Positions 9,571-20,230 of a stretch of 43,965 bases of DNA are shown piece after piece. Below the pieces are notes generated by a model. It made no database searches and was not told the DNA's origin. It worked only from the letters and a program-made list of their open reading frames with translations. Where the stretch lies: the IMG/VR virus record IMGVR_UViG_3300017784_007369, positions 1-43,965 of that record. The stretch is one strand, 5' to 3'. Numbering within the stretch: the stretch's first letter is position 1; each line of letters opens with the position of its first letter. The DNA is from a virus (Duplodnaviria > Caudoviricetes). Both the position numbers and the translations under genes were made by a program.

Positions 9571-11443
9571 TAATAAAGATATAAAATATATTAATAAGGA
9601 CTATACTGATTTTAGATCAACCTTAATAGAGTATGCTAAATCGTATTTCCCTACAGCATATAATGACTTTTCGTCTGCATCACCAGGAACGATGTTTATT
9701 GAAATGGCTGCTTATGTAGGGGATGTACTATCTTTTTATGTAGATAATCAATTACAGGAGACATTTTTACAATATGCAAAACAAAAAGAGAATCTATACT
9801 CTCTTGCCTATATGTTAGGATATAAACCTAAAGTAACATCAGCCGCATCAGTCGATTTAGATGTATATCAAATTATTCCTTCTAAAGGTTCTAGCGGTAA
9901 TAAAACTCCTGATTATAGCTATGCATTAATTGTAAATGAGAGCATGCAAGTAAACTCATCTATAATTAGAAACACTCCATTTATAGTACCAGAAAAGATT
10001 AACTTTGCTGTATCAAGCTCAGCAAATCCAACGGATATATCTGTATATTCATTCGATGGAGTAGGAGACCCGTTATTTTATTTACTTAAAAAAACTACAA
10101 AAGGTCTTTCTGGAGAAGTTAAAACAAAATCATTTACTTACGGATCTGCTCAAAAATTTAATACTTCCCTAATAGAAGATACAGATATTATAGAAATAAT
10201 TGATATAATAGATAGTGACGGAAATACATGGTATGAAGTTCCCTATCTAGCTCAGGATATAATACTAGATGATACTTTAAATATTAACTATAAAGATCCA
10301 AATTACAGCTCAGAAAACGGAAATGTACCCTATATATTAAAACTTAAAAAAATACCTAGAAGATTTGTAACTAGAGTTAAATCAAATAATTCCCTTGAAC
10401 TACAGTTTGGATCTGGTATGAATCAAAATGCAGATGAATTAATATTACCTAATAACAGCAACGTAGGATTAGGTATATTAGATAGCTTATCAAAAATAAA
10501 CACTGCATTTGACCCTACCAATTTTACCACCACTGAAACATACGGACTATCACCATCTAATACAACATTAACGGTTAGGTACTTAGTAGGCGGGGGAGCA
10601 CAGGCTAATATCCCTAGCAATCAACTTAATACTGTTTCAAGTTTTACATCAGGATTTTTCGGAGGTAATGTTGATCCGACAATAGGTAATCAAGTATTAC
10701 AGTCTATTCAAGTAAATAACCCTTCTCAAGCAATAGGTGGCGGTGACGGGGACTCGATAGAGCAGATTAGATTAAACGCATTAAGTCAATTCCCAACTCA
10801 GATGAGGGGAGTAACCCAGCAAGATTATCTATCACTATCATTAAGCATGCCTGGTAAATTCGGTCAAGTATCTAAAGCGTTCATTACCAATGATTTAATA
10901 ACATTTAATAATGAATTTATTGATAATCCTGAATTAAAAGATCCATTATCAACCAGTTTATATATATTAGGATATAATCAAAATAGACAATTAATATCAC
11001 CTCCGGATTCTTTAAAACAAAACTTAAAGACATACCTATCTCAATATAAAATGCTAACAGATAGTATTAATATAAAAAACGGATATATTATTAATATAAG
11101 CGTAGATTTTGATATAATACTAAGGCCAAACTACTCAGGTAGAGATGTTCTATTAAAATGCCTAGAAATATTAAAAGATTATTTTAATATAGATAGGTGG
11201 GAAATAAACCAGCCAATAATATTATCAGAGATATATACTGCATTAGATAACGTTTCAGGAGTACAAACTGTAAGCAACGTAATCATTAAAAATATATACG
11301 GAGAAGAAATAGCGTATTCAAAATATTCTTACGATATTAATTCAGCTACGCTCAATAATGTAATATATCCATCATTAGATCCTAGTATATTTGAAGTAAA
11401 AAATCCTGATACTGATATCCAAGGTAGAATAGTAACCTTTTAA
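9563..11443 (+). CDS. Baseplate wedge subunit, gp6/baseplate J-like
   Basis: KDYTDFRSTLIEY...DFSSASPGTMFIEMAAYVGDVLSFY...LAYMLGYKP...GGGD.DSIEQIR...RGVTQQDY. Confidence 0.85.
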   Translation: MDNNKDIKYINKDYTDFRSTLIEYAKSYFPTAYNDFSSASPGTMFIEMAAYVGDVLSFYVDNQLQETFLQYAKQKENLYSLAYMLGYKPKVTSAASVDLDVYQIIPSKGSSGNKTPDYSYALIVNESMQVNSSIIRNTPFIVPEKINFAVSSSANPTDISVYSFDGVGDPLFYLLKKTTKGLSGEVKTKSFTYGSAQKFNTSLIEDTDIIEIIDIIDSDGNTWYEVPYLAQDIILDDTLNINYKDPNYSSENGNVPYILKLKKIPRRFVTRVKSNNSLELQFGSGMNQNADELILPNNSNVGLGILDSLSKINTAFDPTNFTTTETYGLSPSNTTLTVRYLVGGGAQANIPSNQLNTVSSFTSGFFGGNVDPTIGNQVLQSIQVNNPSQAIGGGDGDSIEQIRLNALSQFPTQMRGVTQQDYLSLSLSMPGKFGQVSKAFITNDLITFNNEFIDNPELKDPLSTSLYILGYNQNRQLISPPDSLKQNLKTYLSQYKMLTDSINIKNGYIINISVDFDIILRPNYSGRDVLLKCLEILKDYFNIDRWEINQPIILSEIYTALDNVSGVQTVSNVIIKNIYGEEIAYSKYSYDINSATLNNVIYPSLDPSIFEVKNPDTDIQGRIVTF

Positions 11444-11453
11444 TTAAATAACA

Positions 11454-12566
11454 ATGGCAGTATATAAAATATTTCCTAATAAAGATTCTACAATATATTC
11501 TAGATATCCGATAACAAACGCGGGTAGGGATGAAATATTAGAAGTTGCCGTAAAAAATAATACCAGTATTACGGGTATATCCGATAATGTAGGATCAACT
11601 AACCTAGATGATATAAGAAGATCGCTTATTTCATTTGCGCAAGATGATTTAAATATAATAAAATCATTTAATAGTCAATCATTTCAGGCCAATATAAGAT
11701 TATTTTTAGCTAACGCAGAGAATCTATCTCAAAATTATAATATAGAATGCTATCCCGTATCTCAAGACTGGATTATGGGAACAGGTAAATTTCTAGATAA
11801 TCCTATAACAGACAATGGAGTATGCTGGACAAACACAGGTCCAGGGGATGCATCACCTACATGGAATCCTGCCGTAGGAACAATGCAGTATCTGTTTACA
11901 ACAGGAGGAGGAACATGGAATACTTCATATAAATCAACTCAAAGTTTCGACTATACTCTAGATAAGGACATAAACATAAATGTAACAAATGCCGTATTAC
12001 AGCTATTCACCGGATCAATAAGTAATTACGGATTTATAATAAAACACTCAGGCTCTATAGAACTAAATACAGGATCGTATATTGATCTTAAATTCTTTTC
12101 CGCAGACACACATACAATATATCCACCATGCCTTGAATACAAATGGAACGACTTTTCATTTAATACAGGAAGCAATACAAATGGATTTATCACTAGTGAT
12201 AATTTCGTTATTAATGTAGGTAATAATTTAGGAGAATTTAAAAGAGATACGAAATATAATTTTAATATTAAAGCTAGAGATAAATTTCCTACCAGACAAT
12301 TTACAACATCATCAGTATACCTAAACTGGAAATACTTACCTACATCATCATATTGGGCTATTCAGGATTATAAAACTACAGAAATGATAGTTGATTTTGA
12401 TGATACATATACTAAAATAAGTGCAAATAGCAACGGGAACTATTTTACAGTATATATGAATGGATTACAGCCGGAAAGAACATATAAATTACTAGTTAAG
12501 GCCGATATAAGCGGCAGTGAAGAAGTGGTTGTAGATAACGATATCCTATTTAAAGTAGTAAGATAA
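11454..12566 (+). CDS. Virion structural protein (DNRLRE-like beta domain)
   Basis: KDSTIYS.YP.TNAG.DEILEV...RSLISF...NYGFIIK...FFS.DT...P.LE pattern; baseplate context. Confidence 0.55.
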   Translation: MAVYKIFPNKDSTIYSRYPITNAGRDEILEVAVKNNTSITGISDNVGSTNLDDIRRSLISFAQDDLNIIKSFNSQSFQANIRLFLANAENLSQNYNIECYPVSQDWIMGTGKFLDNPITDNGVCWTNTGPGDASPTWNPAVGTMQYLFTTGGGTWNTSYKSTQSFDYTLDKDININVTNAVLQLFTGSISNYGFIIKHSGSIELNTGSYIDLKFFSADTHTIYPPCLEYKWNDFSFNTGSNTNGFITSDNFVINVGNNLGEFKRDTKYNFNIKARDKFPTRQFTTSSVYLNWKYLPTSSYWAIQDYKTTEMIVDFDDTYTKISANSNGNYFTVYMNGLQPERTYKLLVKADISGSEEVVVDNDILFKVVR

Positions 12567-12907
12567 TGTCGGAAGAGATAAATTTATATAAAGAAGTATA
12601 CGGTCAGAATACATATAAAAGAGTAGTTGACACACAGTTTACTCAGCTAGTACAACCTACTACTGATCAAGTAGAAGAAGAGGCTACTGTAGAAAGATTT
12701 TTTGAATTATACGAACAGTTATTCTTTCAAATACCGCTTACTGGAGAAATAAATTCACATGAATATTTAGTAAACAGAAGCTCAGAATACCTGGGAGGAT
12801 CAGTTATAACAGATAATGAAAAAGCTTTAATTCAAGAAATTAATAGTTTGAGGCAGCAGTTATTAGAAGCAAATACCAATTTAATAGAGATAAGTAAGCT
12901 AGGATAA
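12566..12907 (+). CDS. Hypothetical structural protein
   Basis: 113 aa, TAATG-coupled on both sides within the tail operon. Confidence 0.6.
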   Translation: MSEEINLYKEVYGQNTYKRVVDTQFTQLVQPTTDQVEEEATVERFFELYEQLFFQIPLTGEINSHEYLVNRSSEYLGGSVITDNEKALIQEINSLRQQLLEANTNLIEISKLG

Positions 12908-15900
12908 TGGAAATAGTAAATGTAAATTATTTAGGCTCTAACCCTGAATTTCAAGAATATAATAATAAAGACATTTCTTTAATTAATTATAATGTTATAT
13001 CAAGAAATTTTGGAAATGGAGATGATTATATAGAATATTTTATATATGACTTAAATAATAATTTACTTGCATCTAATTATAATGTAACAACATACTCGAT
13101 AAAGAACGCTGATGTAGTTCTTAACGAAAGTAATATTCTTGTTTTAAATCCAGATCAAGATGTTATTAATGAAGGATTTGATAGAGGGGCAGTAAATATA
13201 ACCTATAATTTCTTTAGAAAATTATTTAACAGCAGTGAGCTTAGTAAATTCTGGATAGGAGATATATCTAACGACAGAACAGAATTAAGAATATTTAGAC
13301 AAGATCTATCTAATGATGAACTAGAAGCACTATTTAACGAATACAACCTGTATTCATCTACTAAAACATATTATCCAGACTTCTATTTAAATTTCGGTGA
13401 TAATAAAACTATAATAGGAGTTAATATAGCATATGCATTAGTTGACAATCAGGCAAGTATATTAATTAAACTATACGAGCAGCTACCCGATATATTCACC
13501 GAAAAGGATACATTATGGCTAGTTGACAAACTAAGCGAACCTGCTACATATAATATCGATATACAAGTTCCTGCAGAGCAGATCATTAATACTAATGCTT
13601 TAAGAGGACCTAATTACGATATTGAAATCACTGAAAAAGTAGGTCAAACTATAGGATATACATCTTTAAATTCCCTATTTAGTAATTCACTATCATCATC
13701 ATATAGACAGTTAAAAAGTTTAGTAGACGAGAAAGGATACGATATCAACGTCGAATATACTGATTTTAGTAAATTTATACATTTCTCATCTGCAGTTGAA
13801 AGAATTACCAATTTTGCATATAAAATACAATTAATTGAAAGCTATAATTCAGATATATCATCCCTTAATACAGTAGTAGGGAATACCGGAACAATATCTA
13901 GCAGTGTTTCATTACTACAGAATAAAATAGATGATATCGTAGAAAAATTTGACGGATATGAATATTATCTTTATTTCAACTCAGGATCCGAAGTATGGCC
14001 TAAATCATCTAGTAATAAACCATATACACTCTATTCATATACAAGCAGTCAAGCTATTAATTGGATAGGAGGAGTAAATACAGTACCAACAGCAACTACT
14101 CATAGCATATTATATTCCGGATCAGTATACGATTCTAACAATAAAGACTGGCTATTAAATACTATACCATTATACCTAAAAGAAGATCCAAACAATCAAC
14201 CATATCAGATTTTCTTAAGCATGATAGGTCAGCACTTCGATAACATATGGATCTATATAAAAGATATAACTAATAGGTATCAAGCAGATAATAGCTTAGA
14301 TAAAGGGATCTCAAGGGATGAAGTAGGTGATGCTTTAAAGGATTTAGGTATTAAACTATACACTAATACTAACATATCCGATAATATATTTTATTCACTA
14401 ATAGGTACAGGTCCAACCAATAGTCTACTGCCTCCAACCGGCTCAGAATTGATAACAAGCTATGTTACTTCATCTGAAGAAACAATGCCTGCTGATGATA
14501 TTACTAGTGAATACTATAAAAGAATATACCATAATATTCCTTATTTACTTAAAACTAAAGGTACTAGAACAGGACTAAAATCCCTTATTAATTGTTTTGG
14601 TATACCAGATACTATTTTACGAATCAATGAATTTGGAGGATCTGATAAACTAGAATCTACCCCGGATCAAATACAAAATGATTTTATAACATCATATTGG
14701 AATAAAGGATCACAATACGTAAAAGTACCATGGGGCCCTTCTCAATTTGTATTCCTAAGCAGTAGTTATACTAATGTCGTACCCGACACTATTGAGTTTA
14801 ACTTTAGAAATATTTCAGGATACCCTACATCTAGTACTTATTATACTCAATCACTATATCAAGTAGGAACTGATCAGAATCTTCAATTCGGAGTTAATTT
14901 ACAGTACAATCCATCATCTAGTATTCCAGGAGATCCTGATGAATATTATGGTAATGTAAAATTATACCTCAGCGGTAGCTACGGATTCGCTGCATCTAGC
15001 CCTATATCTCTTCCATTCTTTGATCCAACTCAATGGTGGAATATTATTATAAAAAGAGAAATAGGAGGAATCGCAGGATTAAATACTAATATTAATAACA
15101 TTTATACAGTATCAGTAAAAAATGCATTATATAATCAAGACGGAAACGTTAATATAGGATTTACAGGATCTTCAAATATTATAGTATCAGGATCCACTTC
15201 ATCTAGCTATAATAATACCTGGCAATCATACTATACAGGTTCATTATTAATAAATGGGTATTTAGGAGGATACGACAGTAATAACGTATTAGCAGCAAAT
15301 AATACAAGATATCAAGGATTATTACATGAATTTAGATACTGGATAGAACCGTTATCTGAAAGTATTCAATCAATACATGCTCAAAACAATAACGCATACC
15401 CCGGTAACGATCCATCTTCATCACAATATTCATTAATATATAGACTACCTTTAGGTGACACCAAATATTACCCTACATCAGAACAAACGATTATAACTGA
15501 TTATAATTATAACGGAGGTATACTAAGAAAATACAATGTATCTGGAAGTACAATAAACTCAATTCATCCGGCAATTAGCGGTACCTTTTATATTTCATCA
15601 TCCAATATAGAAGTTAGCAATGTAGGATCATTTATAAGCGCCAGTACATCTATTAGTTACGGACTATTCCAACCTACCGGATCTAAAGAATTTATATCAG
15701 AGCAGCTATATAACCTAGTATCAACACCTTCTACAGGATTAAATCAAAAGGTAAATAATAAAATAAATGTTATGCAAGAACAGGAACTATCTGGAAGCCT
15801 GCTATCCAGAGATGTTACTCTTCAAATATATAACGATAACATATCAAGAAATTCATATGATATTGAAGTAGGTTTTTCACCTGCCGACCTAATATCAGAA

Positions 15901-17703
15901 GATATTGCAAATCAATTAGGATACTTTAACATTGATGAGTATATAGGGAAACCTTCAGATCAATACCAAGATGTATATCAAGATTTACAGGCCCTAAGAA
16001 AGGTATACTTTCAAAAATATATTAGCTCATTTAAACTATGGGATTTCGTAAGATTAATTAAATACTACGATAATTCTTTATTTAAAATGATGAAAGATTG
16101 GGTACCTGCAAGAGCAAATCTATCTACAGGTATTATAGTTAAATCTCACATATTAGAAAGACCAAAATATAAGAGAAATGAACCAATAGCTAGTTTCAAT
16201 GAATATACAGGATCAATAGACATGATATCTATATCAGGATCAAATCCTGAAGATGAATATATAAATTCTGATTATATTGCTAATATTACTACATCATTAG
16301 GATATATATCCCAGCCCAAGAATGATAAAAGAGAGCCATTTACCGGCGAATTTGGAGGATCTGAAATATACATAACGAATGGTGAATTTCTAGACTATGA
16401 AATATCTAATATTATAACATCACAGTCAGCTGGATTTGTGACATACTCACTTAATCCGCTATTGAATAATATTTCATCAAGTAGAAAATCAGACAGTATA
16501 TTAGATATAGACTATTCTTCAAACCCGAATATCCCGGTTAATAACGGTATAATAACCGGGGCTATAAATCAATACTACAATAGAGTACAAACACGTGATC
16601 CGGAGCTATTAAACAGCATATATTGGCCCTTTGCTGAGATACAGGATTCTGATTACAGTTCATTTAGATATACTAATATTAGATATAGCGGAAGTAAAAC
16701 TATAAGTAAACAATATAACGTTTATACTAGTGCATCTAGTAACTGGTCAGGAGATGATTCATACGGCAAAACCCCGGCAATCGATCACTATGTTAAAAAA
16801 TTAGGATTATTCACTCAGGTAGAATCTAGCTCTATATTACCGGGAAGAAATAACGTATCTTTAATATATCTAGTAAATCAAGACGGTAATTACGTTTCTC
16901 TAGATGAGAATAATAATAACTGGGAAGAAGTACAAAATACATTTAAGAAAGGGTATTCAACTGTAAATTTATTTGATACAGAAAAGTACTCTAATCAAAA
17001 AACAACTAACGGTCCTAAAAATATATTCGATAGCGGGTATTCTTATTATCCTATACTATATTTTACAGGATCAGCTAGCACTGCAAGTTTTGAAAACTCT
17101 GAAGGAAATTTAGCTTATTATGCTAAAGCTCAAAATTCCGGAAGCACTTATTTTATTAGCGGAAGTTCAGCATTAGATTTCCCGTTAATTACATCTGGAA
17201 GTACAGTACTAGTTTCTAAATTATTTAATCAAGTAATTGAAGGAGCAGAATACTTTAGATCAGGAGGTATAACAGCAGGATCTGAAGCAACATACTCTGT
17301 ACAAGAAACAGCGGCTCATCAAATAAATGCCTCTTTTGATTTTAATATATCAATATCAGATGCAGTTACTACTCCAATGACATGGAAATTAGAAGTACTT
17401 AACGGAAATGTAATAATAGGATCTGATACTGGATCATTTAACGTCGTACCGCCTACACCGTCACTACAAGTATTAGTAAGTAATACTAAAAATGATATAT
17501 GTACAACATATATCCCGCCTATAACCGTTTATTCTAGTACAGATTCTATAAGTATGGGATCTACAATATACACTAGTTCAGCGAAAACACCAGGAACAGA
17601 ATTAACAGGATCATTATTTATAATGTTCTATGGCGGTCTCCAAGATGTATTCGGTATAAATCAATATACAGGAATAATTCAATCTAACGAAGGTCCATGC
17701 TAA
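12907..17703 (+). CDS. Large baseplate/tail structural protein
   Basis: 1598 aa; MIGQHFDNIW and RIYHNIPYLLKTKGT..GL..LINCFGIP (baseplate/P2 gpI-like segment); rich in SGS/TGS. Confidence 0.65.
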   Translation: MEIVNVNYLGSNPEFQEYNNKDISLINYNVISRNFGNGDDYIEYFIYDLNNNLLASNYNVTTYSIKNADVVLNESNILVLNPDQDVINEGFDRGAVNITYNFFRKLFNSSELSKFWIGDISNDRTELRIFRQDLSNDELEALFNEYNLYSSTKTYYPDFYLNFGDNKTIIGVNIAYALVDNQASILIKLYEQLPDIFTEKDTLWLVDKLSEPATYNIDIQVPAEQIINTNALRGPNYDIEITEKVGQTIGYTSLNSLFSNSLSSSYRQLKSLVDEKGYDINVEYTDFSKFIHFSSAVERITNFAYKIQLIESYNSDISSLNTVVGNTGTISSSVSLLQNKIDDIVEKFDGYEYYLYFNSGSEVWPKSSSNKPYTLYSYTSSQAINWIGGVNTVPTATTHSILYSGSVYDSNNKDWLLNTIPLYLKEDPNNQPYQIFLSMIGQHFDNIWIYIKDITNRYQADNSLDKGISRDEVGDALKDLGIKLYTNTNISDNIFYSLIGTGPTNSLLPPTGSELITSYVTSSEETMPADDITSEYYKRIYHNIPYLLKTKGTRTGLKSLINCFGIPDTILRINEFGGSDKLESTPDQIQNDFITSYWNKGSQYVKVPWGPSQFVFLSSSYTNVVPDTIEFNFRNISGYPTSSTYYTQSLYQVGTDQNLQFGVNLQYNPSSSIPGDPDEYYGNVKLYLSGSYGFAASSPISLPFFDPTQWWNIIIKREIGGIAGLNTNINNIYTVSVKNALYNQDGNVNIGFTGSSNIIVSGSTSSSYNNTWQSYYTGSLLINGYLGGYDSNNVLAANNTRYQGLLHEFRYWIEPLSESIQSIHAQNNNAYPGNDPSSSQYSLIYRLPLGDTKYYPTSEQTIITDYNYNGGILRKYNVSGSTINSIHPAISGTFYISSSNIEVSNVGSFISASTSISYGLFQPTGSKEFISEQLYNLVSTPSTGLNQKVNNKINVMQEQELSGSLLSRDVTLQIYNDNISRNSYDIEVGFSPADLISEDIANQLGYFNIDEYIGKPSDQYQDVYQDLQALRKVYFQKYISSFKLWDFVRLIKYYDNSLFKMMKDWVPARANLSTGIIVKSHILERPKYKRNEPIASFNEYTGSIDMISISGSNPEDEYINSDYIANITTSLGYISQPKNDKREPFTGEFGGSEIYITNGEFLDYEISNIITSQSAGFVTYSLNPLLNNISSSRKSDSILDIDYSSNPNIPVNNGIITGAINQYYNRVQTRDPELLNSIYWPFAEIQDSDYSSFRYTNIRYSGSKTISKQYNVYTSASSNWSGDDSYGKTPAIDHYVKKLGLFTQVESSSILPGRNNVSLIYLVNQDGNYVSLDENNNNWEEVQNTFKKGYSTVNLFDTEKYSNQKTTNGPKNIFDSGYSYYPILYFTGSASTASFENSEGNLAYYAKAQNSGSTYFISGSSALDFPLITSGSTVLVSKLFNQVIEGAEYFRSGGITAGSEATYSVQETAAHQINASFDFNISISDAVTTPMTWKLEVLNGNVIIGSDTGSFNVVPPTPSLQVLVSNTKNDICTTYIPPITVYSSTDSISMGSTIYTSSAKTPGTELTGSLFIMFYGGLQDVFGINQYTGIIQSNEGPC

Positions 17704-17721
17704 TAATTAATATAATATAAG

Positions 17722-18468
17722 ATGCCAAATATATCATTTTCGAAAACATTTAATATAGACATACCATCAGTAAATCTTATTCAAGGTAATAATATTAAAT
17801 TTAGATTAGTACTAGATACACCAGCAATAAGTAACTTTACAGCGTCATTAAGTCAAGGGAGTGCTATAGTATCTTCACTAGCTCCTTCAACAGGATATTC
17901 ATCTATTTTTAGTCCCTTTATAGACGCTACAGCAACAGCCGCTACCGATTCAACCATAATATTCACACCGGAAATAACCGACTTTTACGGAAGTACTTAT
18001 CAATTCGAACCTAATCCTGCTGATAATAATATACCAAGTAGCAGCCTATATTCCACTTATGGAGATGTAGACTATCCATTCTTATTAAAACTATTCGATA
18101 TATTTATTGTATATCTCTCTGACGGAACATTTGTTGAGTATAGAATTGTTGATGCTATTATAGTTTCTGATAAATTAGAGGTAACATTAAATAAACCAAT
18201 ATCTAATATATTAAAGACCAATATAACTAATAATACATTTAAAAGAATGTTATTTTTAACAAGAGTAGAAGATGAAACAAATATAATTCTTGAATTTAAG
18301 AAAAAAAGCGGCAAAACATCATATGGATTCGTTATACCAGAAAACATAGACCCTGCAGTACTGAAAAATATAGATATAATATCTAAAGAAGTTCAATCTA
18401 AATTACTAAGCAACCAACCAATAGTTCAGGTAAACAGTATTGATACAATAAATGGCGGAGATTTTTAA
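17722..18468 (+). CDS. Putative tail/baseplate structural protein
   Basis: 248-aa beta-rich ORF inside the structural operon. Confidence 0.5.
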   Translation: MPNISFSKTFNIDIPSVNLIQGNNIKFRLVLDTPAISNFTASLSQGSAIVSSLAPSTGYSSIFSPFIDATATAATDSTIIFTPEITDFYGSTYQFEPNPADNNIPSSSLYSTYGDVDYPFLLKLFDIFIVYLSDGTFVEYRIVDAIIVSDKLEVTLNKPISNILKTNITNNTFKRMLFLTRVEDETNIILEFKKKSGKTSYGFVIPENIDPAVLKNIDIISKEVQSKLLSNQPIVQVNSIDTINGGDF

Positions 18469-18476
18469 AATTATTA

Positions 18477-18485
18477 ATATTTATT
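18477..18485 (+). promoter_or_regulatory. Putative late promoter ATATTTATT
   Basis: Recurrent motif upstream of ORF 18505. Confidence 0.55.
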
Positions 18486-18504
18486 ATAGACAAAACATAA
18501 AAAT

Positions 18505-19161
18505 ATGGGATATTTAGATAATACTAGTGTAGTAGTTGATGCTATACTAACAAAAAAAGGTAGAGAATTATTATCACGAAACGATGGCTCGTTCCGAATT
18601 ACACAATTTTCATTATCAGACGATGAAGTAGATTATACACTATATAATCCAAATCATCCTTCAGGTTCAGCATACTACGGTGAAGCTATAGAAGCTATGC
18701 CGGTATTAGAAGCTTTTCCTGATGATAACGAAATAATGAAATATAAGTTAATAACTTTACCAAGAGGTACTGCTAAAATACCTGTACTTGATATTGGTTA
18801 CACATCTATTAGTCTTAAGCAAGGCGCTTCATTAGCAATTACACCTCAAACATTAAACTATTTAGGTGCAACATCTACCTTCGAGCAATCAGGATATATT
18901 GCAACTATCGGAGACGTTAGGCTAATGTCATCATTTAACGGTACAGGAATTAATACAACTGAGGCTGTTTCTGCTAATTCTACTACAACTATTGGAACTA
19001 ATGTAAGTAAAACAGTAATAGGTGCAACAATCAACCTAACAGCTACTACAGTCAATACATTATTCGGAACACAAACACAACTTCAAACCAATTTAATAGT
19101 TATCGGTAGAGATTCTGGAGCTAGAATTACTATTCCTATTACAATCATTAAACAACAATAA
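18505..19161 (+). CDS. Virion structural protein (tail/baseplate)
   Basis: MGYLDNTSVVVDAILTKKGRELL...ITQFSLSDDEVDY N-terminus, resembling the LT..G..L opening of tail-collar/baseplate proteins. Confidence 0.6.
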   Translation: MGYLDNTSVVVDAILTKKGRELLSRNDGSFRITQFSLSDDEVDYTLYNPNHPSGSAYYGEAIEAMPVLEAFPDDNEIMKYKLITLPRGTAKIPVLDIGYTSISLKQGASLAITPQTLNYLGATSTFEQSGYIATIGDVRLMSSFNGTGINTTEAVSANSTTTIGTNVSKTVIGATINLTATTVNTLFGTQTQLQTNLIVIGRDSGARITIPITIIKQQ

Positions 19162-19173
19162 TAGATATAAAAC

Positions 19174-20217
19174 ATGAGCTTTGTAAATATAGATCCAACA
19201 GACTTCGTAGTAAGTGCAGATTCAGTTACTGCACCAGCTTGGGGTACTAACCTACCAATATTAACACAATTTTATACATCAAGTGTTACTTCAAGTTCGC
19301 CTACATTTTATGTAGATGCATACGCATCTGGAAGTACTGACACTACTCCTCAATTTTCTATCGCTTACGGTCATCTTTTAGGATCAGGCTCAGAGTATTA
19401 TAACGATTTAGTAATAGGGTATAGTCCTTCCAGAACCACATATGGTCAGTACAGAACCCTAGTATATGGGGATGAAAATACCAATTTTAATTTCGGTACA
19501 GGAAATGCTAATTCTAGTGATATATTAGTAATAAATGTCAATAGAAGTAAATATAAAGAAAAACTATTTCTATCAACATTTAATTTATACCTAAGCGGAT
19601 CATCAGGTAGTGTTCAATTAACCAATAATAGCGTAACATCTACAGTAGTTAACTTTTTAGATTGCGGTAGGGTATACGATATCGTAAGCGGAAGTAACGG
19701 GTCGCCAACAACATCTACACCCGTTTCATCATCTAGCGTTTTAGCGGGATATACTCCTTCTGGATCATACGGACTATACCTACCGGATGTAGGTCTAATC
19801 GTAGTAAATCCAAGAGCAATAGCACTACCATTCGTATCAGGAGGTATAGGATTAACCATGGGCACATCTGCTAACACCAATCAAGCAAACTATTTAAAAC
19901 TATATCAAGCTATTAAAGTAGGAGCTAATCCGGTTCTTAATACTGGATTCCAGCTCAATAGTGAAGAAACAATATCGTCAGATTTTATATTTGTCAGGGT
20001 AAGAAATAGTGATTATAATTACAGCACAAACCCGTCTATGATCAGCGGTAGCGGGGAATTAGTATATCCGACATTAATTAATAATCCCCAAACATATATT
20101 ACTACAGTAGGACTATACAATGATAATAACGATCTTTTAGCTGTAGCTAAACTATCTAAACCACTTGTAAAAGATTTTACAAAAGAAGCATTAGTTAGAG
20201 TTAAGTTAAATTGGTAA
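19174..20217 (+). CDS. Virion structural protein with tail-collar/fibre-like C-terminus
   Basis: C-terminal YITTVGLYNDNNDLLAVAKLSKPLVK. Confidence 0.6.
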   Translation: MSFVNIDPTDFVVSADSVTAPAWGTNLPILTQFYTSSVTSSSPTFYVDAYASGSTDTTPQFSIAYGHLLGSGSEYYNDLVIGYSPSRTTYGQYRTLVYGDENTNFNFGTGNANSSDILVINVNRSKYKEKLFLSTFNLYLSGSSGSVQLTNNSVTSTVVNFLDCGRVYDIVSGSNGSPTTSTPVSSSSVLAGYTPSGSYGLYLPDVGLIVVNPRAIALPFVSGGIGLTMGTSANTNQANYLKLYQAIKVGANPVLNTGFQLNSEETISSDFIFVRVRNSDYNYSTNPSMISGSGELVYPTLINNPQTYITTVGLYNDNNDLLAVAKLSKPLVKDFTKEALVRVKLNW

Positions 20218-20230
20218 ATCGTAATGAATA

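Noticed and set aside
17701-17724. Stop readthrough joining ORFs 12907 and 17722
   Set aside because: Same frame, but three in-frame TAA codons intervene
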